A stretch of DNA of 53,181 bases, from contig NC_068997.1 of assembly GCF_001194135.2 (NCBI RefSeq), positions 342,897 through 396,077 on the forward strand. The letters run 5' to 3'. Under the pieces are notes generated by a model. The model saw nothing but the letters and a program-made list of their open reading frames with translations. It did not search any database and was not told the origin of the DNA. Shown here one piece after another: positions 34,701 to 46,300 of the stretch; within the stretch, counting starts at the first letter, position 1; each line of letters starts with the position of its first letter. The stretch is from Octopus bimaculoides. Its lineage: Eukaryota. The position numbers were made by a program, and so were the translations under genes.

Positions 34701-37700
34701 TTTCTGAGTGGATTTGGTGGACAGATGCTGAAAGCAGCCCATTATACATGTATGTTTGTGTCTGTGTGCTAACATTTGCACTCAACAAAAGTTATGAGCA
34801 GTGAGTTGTGTTGCTGTTGTCATTTCTTCTGACAACAAATCAACTGCTCACTTCATGCCTTCAAGCCATGTGAAATAAGGGATAACCTACTTGCAAAACA
34901 GATAAGGGTTAGTGACAGGAAAGGCATCTAGCTATAAGACAATGTTGCAACAATATATCCCTCAAACCCATGCTAGCATGGGAAAACAGACTGAATAAAT
35001 TCACCTTGGGCCTTCATAGCATCTTATCTATATTGTGGACTCGGGTTATACTCAACACATATGGCCCATATTTTAAAGATGTTAGAGGAGTTTATTGACA
35101 AAGATATGGTTGCTAGACTCAATAGGATTCTGGTTGATCAGATGAGAAGTCAGTTTCATTCCCTGTAGCCATCATTGCACCATGTCAGTGGATAAAACAC
35201 TTAACTCCCAATGTCAGTCCATTGATCTGTAAATAGGGATGACAAACTACCTGCTGTTGAATCAATGACAGCACATAAAAACTGACAAGTGTTTGGTTAC
35301 ACTTTGTAGTAGCTGGGTTCAAATACTTGTATGAATATATGAATTGGAGAGAGAAAGTCTCTGACAAGCTGACTTATTCTTAACATTCAATATACAAAGA
35401 TGAAGTCTTGGATGGTGCCTGTAAGACTAAATGGGTTACAGTATGTACCACCACCATGTGCACTGCTATGACTACTACTGCCACAATACTGCCACCACCA
35501 CCACCACTACCACCACTGTTGCCACTACATCACTACTACTGCCCTTGCCCTTACATCTATTGTAAGAACATAAGAACATGACAGAGAGAACATTTTTGTT
35601 GAATTCTTTGGACTTTCTTCAATCTTATTTCAACTACCTCACGCCAGAGAAGAAGCTTTTATGATGTTGTTTAACCTACAAGAAATAGTAACCAAATCTC
35701 TTTCAAATCATAGCCATTTGTTTTATAGAATGAAGGGGACTGTCAAGAATGTATAAGTAGAGACATGTTTTAAAGATCTTGGAGGTACTGGGTCATAGAT
35801 CTCCGGGATCAGAGTGAAAAAAGTAAACAAAAACTTCCTTTAAATAGATTCCTTCATTCTATTATTTTCACGAAAACCAGGATCTCCTGATATATAAAAG
35901 TGTCTAGCAATCGTATGTAATTAGCATGTCCATTGTTGAAACAAAAACTCAAACAAAACAAAACAGTTTCCAGATACAAGAAATTGTCCTTGACTGACAT
36001 AAGTCTCTTGTCTTTTGAGAGCATAAAATTGATAACAATGATTGACATAGTTATCTCCCCTGTCTAAAGTAGCAAATAATACTACTCCATCCCCCTACCA
36101 TCTCGAACACCCTATCATTTTTAAATTTAGGGGTTTCGTGACCCTATATTGGGATTTATTCTAATACAAACACTCTACTGTCTTTAAATTGGGGATCATA
36201 TGGGGTTTTTCACATTCCAAATACCCCACCATCTGTTGGTATTACTTTTAGGGTGGCATGTGAGCAACTTCCTAGTTCTAAGTTCTCTATCTCGACTATT
36301 GTCCATTTTAGAAAGGGAGCAGAGTATCTTAATACTGACACAGCCTAAGTATTCATTGCTTTGACAATACTCCCTCCATTTAATTTTGTTTTAGATTCCC
36401 CTTCCTAATTCTTCTCATGTATTCTTTATTGAGTAAAACAGTTCTTCTTCTTCATGATGATGATGATTATTATAATTATATGAAGGCAGTGTGCTGGCAC
36501 AATCATTAACATACTGAGCAAATTACTTAATGATCTGTGTTCAAATCCTGCTGATTTTTTACCTTTCATTCTTTTGGGGTTGATAAAATAAAGTACCAGC
36601 CAAGTAATGAGGTTGATGTAATCAATTTACCCTTCCTCTTAAAAATTGCTGGCCTTGTGCCGAAATTTGAAACCATTACTTTTTATGTTGTTTCTGTCAC
36701 TATTGTTGAAATTAGTATTATTGCACAATATGGATCTAACATGCCAATTTTTTAACCTTCCTTGAACTTGCAAACCTTAACAAAAAGTCTTAGACTGAAA
36801 ATAGAATTCTAAAAATTCTGAAGTTTCTTGTCCCAAGAAATATTTTTAGAGCATTAACATGTCTCACTTAATATCTATCCATTCCAGATGATGCAATATA
36901 GATTACCAGGATTGTTAGAACAGCAAACAAAATATCCCACAATATATGTTCCAGCACTTTACATTCTGAGTTCAAATTCCTCTAAGGTCAACATTGCTGT
37001 TCATCCCTCTAGGCTCAATAATATAAAGTACCAGTCAAATAATGGAGTCGACTTAACTGACTTTTCTCTCTCTACAAAATTTTAGGCCCTGTGCCTAAAT
37101 TAGAAATAATAATTATTGTTGTTGATATTATCATTTACTATGTTATCACAAGTAACTATGATAATTCCTGGATGCACCAGTTATTGAACTCTAATGATAA
37201 AGCATAAGTTACAGATAACAACTGACATGTTATTACTGTTGCCATAAGACAGTGAGTAGACAGAATCATTGGGGAGTTGGAAAAATGTCTTCTAGCATTC
37301 ATTATGATACTTTATGTTGTGAGTTTAAATCCTGTCAAGTTCAATGAAATATAATACTATTCAAATACTGGCATTGATGCAATTGACTAATCCCCTTCCT
37401 TCAAAATGCTTGCCTTGTGTTTAAATCAAAAACTATTATTACTGTTGTTGTCAAATTCTGCCGAGGTCAACTTTGCCCTTCATCCTTTTGGGGTCGATGA
37501 AATAAGTACCAGTTGAGCACCTGGAGTCAATATAATCGACTAGCCCCCTCCCATAAATTTCCAGGGGCCTTGTGCCTATTGTAGAAAGGATTATTATTAT
37601 TATTGAGTGAGACAGAGCAGTACATACCATCAAAATTCCTAATAGTAAAATAAGTCAAGGATCATAACTTAACAAGGACAAGAATGTCTGATAATATGAA

Positions 37701-40311
37701 TAAATGGATTTAGGCCTAGTTTGGTCTCATGTAGTTCTCATACACTCAGAACCACACACACACATCTTCCGGTTTTATATACACACACAGCTATATATAT
37801 ATATATATATATAAAATGAGTGAAAGAGAGAGTGAGAGCAGAGCAGAGCAAGGTTTGCGATTCCAAAGAAAATGATGATGGTCATTTTCAACAATATTTG
37901 ACTTCTAGAAGAGTTTGATCAGTTTAATTACTGCCAAGGAATATAGTGGGTGGATGGGTAGGTAGATAGGTAGGTAGGTAGGTAGGTAGGTAGGTAGGTA
38001 GGTAGGTAGGTAGGTAGGTAGGTATGCATGCATCCATGCATGTGCAGATTTGTATGTTTTATGTATGTATTCTCATGCATATAGTTGCATATCTAGACAT
38101 GCTCATATATATTTAAATGATAAACTTCTGGAAAGTTTTACAGACCTTTACAGTTCCAGTGATGGACTGAATCTGTAGTCTTCGAATCAGCTTTCTCCTT
38201 TCTGGTTTTGAGAAGCCTAATTTCTCAAGATCGATATTTAGTGTGTTACATATCCCAGGGCCCCAATAATTACAGGTATAAACCTGAACTTGTAATCTGG
38301 AATGTATGTATGTATGTATGTACGTACATAAATTTATGTGTGTGTGTGTGTGTGTTTACATTAACATTTATGAAGGCCCAGGATGGCTGGAGCCACACAA
38401 TACTGGAGAAAACACTCATCTGTCCAAGTATATGGTTGCACATAGCATGTCCAACAAACATAAAAAATAGTGGTAGTGATGGTTGTGGGGTTTAGTGTGT
38501 AACATATAAAACAGGCACTTTGTTGGTTATGATGATGGATATTCTAGTTGATCTGATCAACAGAACAGCCTGCTCATGAAATTTGTGTGTAAGTGGCTGA
38601 ATACTCCACAGACATGCATTCCTTTAATGCAGTTCTCAGGGAGATTCAGCTTGATACAGAATGTGACAAAACTGGCCTTTTGAATTGCAGGTACAACTAA
38701 TTTTTGGCAGCTGAGTGGAGTGCTGTGAATAAGAACTGACTTGGACTGCAACAACCCATTCAGTCTATGTCAGATGGAGAGCATGTGTAAAATCATATTA
38801 ATATATCATCACCATCCTCATCATTGTTTTATGTCCGTTTCGCATTCTGGCATGAGTTGGATGGTTTGGCAGGCGATGTCAAGCCAGAAGACTGTGCCAA
38901 GGTCTGCTTTGGCAAGATTTCTTCAGCTGAATGCTGAAGTGTACTGGGTGCTTTATACATGGTACCAACACTGCTGAGGTCAATGTGCATATGTGTGTGA
39001 ATGTTTCCACTGACATTTACACACATATACCTTGTGTGTGTGTGTGTGTGTGCGCGGATGCATATTTACATACGAGTGATGAGCCAAGTTGACTACAGAG
39101 TTTGTCTTATTACAATAAATTGCTACCACTACTATCACCACCACTATCACAACAACTACTACTACTACTGCTAATGTTTACTAATTAAAATAAAGCTATA
39201 AGTAACAAGTCTCACCTGTCCAGGTACGGAGGAGCACAGTTTTGCTGATATTGATTTGTTAAGATAAGGTATGACTTCAGGGTCAAGGTTCACAGCTTCG
39301 AAATATCCAGCACGAAAGCCACATCTAGATAAAAGAAGTGAAGTAAATGAAAGAAAACCATCAAAACAGTTGGGAAGAGGGGTGGAGGAGGAAGGGACAG
39401 AATGGATAGAAGGCAAGTGGGTTAGATAGAGATGGATCGTATCATCTTCATTATTACTCATCTTAAGGCGGTGAGCTGGAAGAGTCGTTACTGCAACGGG
39501 GAAAAATGATTAGAAGCATTTCTCCTAACTTTATGTTCTGAAATCAAATAAAGCTGGGAGTTGTCTTTACCTTTCATCCTTTCAGAGTTGAACACTGGGT
39601 CAATGTAATAGACTTATCCCCTCTCTAGAAATTGGTGGCCTTGTGCCAAAATTTGAAACCATTATAAGTCATCTGAAATGTTATCAGGCACACACACAGT
39701 CTGCAGATTATAGAAGGTTAATGTTGGGAGGAAATAAAGCAGTGAGGTTCTCAAGGAGACAGTGGGTCATGGACAAAGATCAATTAAACGGTATCCTGAA
39801 GAAGACTTTTTAGCCTGAGGATTATGGATAGCTCCAAGAAACCATTGCCATGGTACAGTTAAAGTGGAGGCATGGCTGGTTCAGGATAAATTCTATTGAT
39901 ATGGTAGCACCTTCAGCCAAATTTGTCCAAGATACATGCAGAGCAAGCAAATCATTCTGTGTTCACTCAATCAGTCTTTGAGCATTGCCAACTTGTAGAT
40001 TCATATCAAGCAGTTGTTGTCCTGAACTCATACTCAATCAGTCACATTAGACAGTTGTTGTTGTTGTTGTGGTGTGCAGTCAAGTTTATTTCAGATATTC
40101 TCATTTTAAAAATCATCTCTGGCTAATTATTGAGAGGACGTTGGTGTTGCCTTGGCGGAGGTTTGTGCTCTCAGTGCTCTTATTATTATTACTATCAATA
40201 ACATTAATATGCCAACTTGTTGTTTTTGTACGTACGTACATGTGATGTGTGTCGCACTTACTTCAAAGGAAGAAGTGAGTGGCAAAGCAGGAGAGAGGAG
40301 GACAGAGAGGA

Positions 40312-40372
<61 letters not shown>

Positions 40373-43300
40373 CAGTGAGTTTTCATGGGTCCAGCTAGTT
40401 ATCATTATTATTATTATTAAGGTGGTAGCTAGAAGAATCATTAGCATGCTGAACAAAATGCATAGTGACATTTTGTTCATCTCAACATTCTGAGTTCAAA
40501 TTCTGCTGAGATCAATTTTGCCTTTCATCCTTTTAGGGCACATAAATTAAGTACCCGAAGCATTAGAGTCAGTATAATAAACTAACCCCATCCCTGCAGA
40601 TTCCAGGCCTTGTACCTATATAAGAAATGATTGTTGTTGTTGTTGTTGTTGTTGCTAGTAGGTGGGGGTTTCTATGTTAGTCATGAATGTTCATTACTGA
40701 GGAAGTTAAAAGTTAACTCTTTGACTTACTCTCCCATGAATCCTTTCGAAGAAGACATGAAGGACGCCAACTCCACATTGTTGTAGTCAGGTCCCATTTC
40801 TGTGAGGACTTTTTTAAAGGAGAAGAACTTGGAGTTTTCATCATAAACGTTGTCTTGATAGACCTGTTAATGGAGAACCAAGAGAGAAAAAGAGAGATAA
40901 AGAGTTAGTTTTTCAAAGACATATTTATTTATGCATTTATTTTATATCAAATTTTAGGAACTATAATATCATTGCACATTACAAAGTGAGCAATAACTAG
41001 CTTACTGTATTAACAATGGCAAGATGATAAGGAAGTTTCTGTGAATAACACACAAAGTACTTTAGTTTGAAAGCACTGGTCTACTGGTTTCCCTGCCAAG
41101 TTTCACATACCTTCCTGACATACACTCTTGGCATTATTGATACTATAAACCAGTGATGGGTCATAGAATGTCTGCCTCAATGGATTTTTAATGAACCATA
41201 CAAGTATGGAAAAGTAGATGTTAAAACAATGATAATATAATGATACGTATATAGGAATAGCTGTAGAAACCATGCCAAGGAAAGCATTAGAGTTTGATGC
41301 AGTCCTCTGACTTGTCGGTGCCTGCTGAACTCTCCAACCAATGCCAGCCTAGAAAAAGGGACATTAAATGATGTTGATGATGATCGTGATGAGTGATTTT
41401 CTGCAGCTGTATGCCCTTCCTATCACTACTATATACCTGTTTCCAAACAAGGCTAACATTTTCCTTATCTGAATATTACTACACAGAAAATTGCAAACAA
41501 ACAATGCTTGTATCATGGCAATATTTATGCTAAAAACAAGGAGAAAGACACACACACACACACAATCATTATCATAATCATTTTTATGCCCCCATTCCAT
41601 GCTAATATGGGTTAGATGCTTTGATAGGATCCAGTATTTTGAAATCACTACAAGATACACTGTTAATAATTTAGTTATTAACATATTCCTTGACAATTCA
41701 GCATTACTGTTCTAAATGTAATCAGACCTTATAAGTGCAGGCATAGCAATAGGGCTAAGAAGATAGCTTTGTAATCATATGGTTTTGGGTTCAGTCTCAC
41801 TCTACAGCACCTTGGACTAGTGTCATCTACTATAGCCTTGGGCCAACCACTGCCTTTGAAAATGTATTTGGTGAATGGAAATTATGTAGAAGCCTGTTGT
41901 GTGTATATGTGTGTATGTATGTGTGTGTGAGCATTTCTGTTTGTTCCCACCACTATTTGATAACTGGTATTGGTTTGTTTACATCCCAGAAACTCAGCGG
42001 TTTGCCATAAGTACTGGGATTAATTTGTTTGACTAAACCCTTCAAGGAAATGGTGCCCAGCATAGCTGCAGCCTAAAGATTGAAACAAGTAAAAGATAAA
42101 AGATAAAAAGACAATAAATGATCAATAACATATTTTGTCACGAAGCCACACACGGGACATGTTGGTAAAGTGTGTGTATATTTCTATATTCATTTTCCTC
42201 TTTTCTCAAAATCCACAAATCAAAACTAAGGTATATATTTGTAGTCCTTGATATTAGGAAATATAATATACATTTGTCTAAGTCCACTGACGACATTCAG
42301 ATATTTTTTTAAAGAATTTGAATTAACAAGAACTTTGATACTTTTCGTGTTTATTATAAAAACGGTTCTGTCTTCTTTAATGTACAAACATCAATTTGCT
42401 TTGATTTAAAAGGCTTAAACAATAACATTTCTATCATAAAACCCAGTCCAAACCAAGTCACCCACCACCTTAAAATGCTTCATTACACTTCAACTTGTGT
42501 CCTTCCTTCATTGAATAACTAGGAACTATGAATTCAGTACTTACTTCATCAGCTAATATGAAGAGGTTTTCTCTCTTAGCAAATTTTATGATGTCTTCGA
42601 TATTCTTGCGACTTAACACTTGACCTGAAATAACAGAGATAAGAAACCTCTCAAAGTCCTTTTAGTACACCAGATGTTATTGGGGAGACAATGTTCGAAA
42701 GAACAGTAACTTATAAGAAGATAAACAGACAATGATCAAAGAAACATTCATGATACAACTAATAGGCAATGGATTCTTGTAGATCTCACCTGTTGGGTTT
42801 CCAGGGTTTATAACAACAATGACTCGAGGTTTGCAGTGTGGACGTGCAGCATCGAGGGATTTCTCAAGGTCGGGAATGTTCAGAGCCCAGTTGTTGTCCT
42901 CATCTAAATAGTAGCTGATCTTGGAGAAAAACAACAGAAAACTGGTTAATATATTTATGCATGTGTGTGTGTATATGTGTGTGTACAAGTGTGTGCACAT
43001 CTATGTGTAGATACTTGTGTATATATCAAAAACTTCATACCATATAAGCATTACACGCAAAGATCATGGATGCAGAGATCATGGATGCAGAGATCATGGT
43101 TGTATATATTGAGAAGGCAATGAGCATAAAAAGACAACACTGGAGGGACCAATGTTTAATAAATGCATTAGTTTAAACACTTAAAAAGAAGGGAAAGTGT
43201 CTTGACATTTTGGACACTAGTCTTTCATCAGAAGAAAGAGGGACAGGAAAGAATAAAAGAAAGAGAAAAGATGGTAGTGAAAAATATGTGGGGTGAGGGG

Positions 43301-46300
43301 TGTGCGTGTGTGTGCGTGCGCGTACGTGCATGTGTGTATGGCTGAGTGGTTTAGCAGTTTACTCTCTAACCATGAGATCATGGGTACTATCTCACAGTTT
43401 GGCATTTTCAGAATGTATCTTTAGTATAGCCTCAATTTGACCCAACTCTTGCAAGTGAAACTAGATGAAATAATTTAAATAAATACTTACTGTATAAGCA
43501 TTGTACTCTGCAGTAGTAGCTGTATATAATGGATACTGAGGAATTGGTATCATTACACCTGCCCTATCTTTTCCAGATTTTCCTGTCATCAACATTTTCA
43601 TGATGGTCTGCCAGAAGAAGATTTACATATAAACACACTGACTGACAGATATAACACACTACTTCATGTACACTTACACACTGACATAACACACCAACAG
43701 ACATACACTTGCACACTGTTACATGACCTCTGATGTACACTTACCTATTGACATAACACCAATGTATACTTACCTACTGATGTAACACACCATCTAATGT
43801 ACAGTTACAGATTGACATAACATGACTGATACACACTCATGCACTGAGTTAACACTTCCTGTGATACAAACATACACTACACTGTCATAATGCTTGGCAC
43901 ACACAAACACATGTAACATATTCACTGCCACACACATACACACACTACTATATACACACATACATATCACAACATGACTTCAAATGTATACATACACACA
44001 CACACACCATTANNNNNNNNNNATACACTGTTACATGACCTCTGATGTACACTTACCTATTGACATAACACCAATGTATACTTACCTACTGATGTAACAC
44101 ACCATCTAATGTACAGTTACAGATTGACATAACATGACTGATACACACTCATGCACTGAGTTAACACTTCCTGTGATACAAACATACACTACACTGTCAT
44201 AATGCTTGGCACACACAAACACATGTAACATATTCACTGCCACACACATACACACACTACTATATACACACATACATATCACAACATGACTTCAAATGTA
44301 TACATACACACACACACCATTACATGATCACATGATTTTGAAGTACACTGTCACACTTATAACATGATCCTTAACATACACTTATATGCAGTCACTATAC
44401 ACTATCTGATACATAATGTCTTAATGCACCCTCTAAAGAATTAAAAAGATATTTTTTCTGTCTTTGAATGATAATCCACCATTCTGTTTTGAGTACCAGT
44501 CTGTTGTAACCAACTTTCCCCAGAACATCTGTAATCTTTTCTGCAAGGATTTAAGTATATCAGTAAGTGTCAACTGGTGGAACTGTTCAAACATTGGACA
44601 AAACATCTTGTGGTACTTGCTCCGGTAGTTTTACATTCAGATTTCAAATCATGTTGTCGTCAACTCTCTATGTCATCTTTGGGAGGGATGGGGGGGGGTC
44701 ATTAAAATGAAGTACCAATCTCTAAGATACCTGACTGGCAGAACTGTTAGAGTGTTGGATTAGACATAAGATTCTTTTGCAGTATTTGTTTAAATCATTC
44801 ACGTTTTGATAGACCAAACATATATGGAGGACTTGTTTAACAAAATGGTATCTTATAAAATTATATCTGTAGGAAGGTGATGGGGGAAAAACCACTTTAG
44901 TTTTCTTTTATGGAAACCTATGGAAATCACCAGGGATTGTTTGTGACCAGATGGCACAGAAAAGAAAAATGTGATTTAAAGAAAATTTGGCTGCTATTTC
45001 ACACAAGCTGAGAAACCACATAGAGGCTCTCTCAATGACCTTGAGCCTTCCACATTGATTTAAGTCACCCTCATTGACTTCAGACTCCTTCATTGGTCTT
45101 GAATATCTCTCATTGATTTGAGTTTCCCTCACTGGTCTTGAGTTTCTTTCATTGGCTTTAGGGCACCTTCATTGATTTCGATGCTCCCAAACTGGCCTTC
45201 AGTCTCCNNNNNNNNNNNNNNNNNNNNNNNNNNNNNNNNNNNNNNNNNNNNNNNNNNNNNNNNNNNNNNNNNNNNNNNNNNNNNNNNNNNNNNNNNNNNN
45301 NNNNNNNTAATCTATGGTTCTCCACCCAGCAAACAATGAATTTTTCTGTGTCATACATTATGTAAAACTATATCATAAAGTAAATAAAGCTAGGTCAAAT
45401 ACTTAATAGCAAAAATATCTTGCTAATAAAAAAAAGATTGTGAATGGAATAGCAACAACAGACAGTTGATCTAAATCGTTTTCCTTAGTAATCATTGATA
45501 ATATAATCTAAACTTCCTCGCTTCAATATTTTCTGAATTTCCAGAAGAAACAATTAAGCAAGTAAACAAGCAAACAAACTGAATGAAAACAGTGGCACCT
45601 AACTTTTAGGTGGTCTTACATGTTGGGTGAGTTAATGATGGCTGATAGTAATGGCATAAAGTTAACCGTTTTGGTGCTGGTTTGTATGAAACCATTGGTA
45701 TTAATATGTTTAAACTTATATAAAGTTTTCCACAGGATCCTTGTTAAAAATGCTCTCTTAGATTGTGTTGTGTTTAAAACTCTTGGTATACCAACATACA
45801 TGGCTCTTGTTATATTCCAAATACCAACTTTGCATACAAGCACACCATCAATTTTCCAGCAGCTAATGGTCTAGTACCTCTTTTACTCTGCATAGATTAC
45901 AAGGGGGACTTGGAACTCCTGAGGCCACCAGTCTAGTTCACTGCACGACCACAGGTTGCATTGTGTGTACTGTGTGTTTGCATGTATTTACACTACTTTT
46001 GTTAGGGGTGACACCAAAATTCTGAAAGATCTTATGCTTATTTAGCTTAAAGTTACCCTTAGCTATGGCTACTAACTGAAGGTAAGAGAAATGTGAGCCT
46101 CAGTGGTAGTGTCAAAATGTCAACACCAATCCATATCAACACAGAATAAAACAGAACTACTCATGGTATTTTAGATGCACAGGAAGTGTATAATTAGTAG
46201 GAGTGAAATGTGTAGATGAATTATTATGTGACAATAGATGGCCTAGCAAAACAGTTAGGCTTTGGAATCAAGTAAACTGGAAAATCGATGGTGTACCTAT

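Noticed and set aside
44615-44629. Minus-strand TTGAS peptide matching the missing ALT exon motif LTTGAS
   Set aside because: There is an in-frame TGA about 10 codons upstream, no other similarity, and the segment is part of a SINE remnant.
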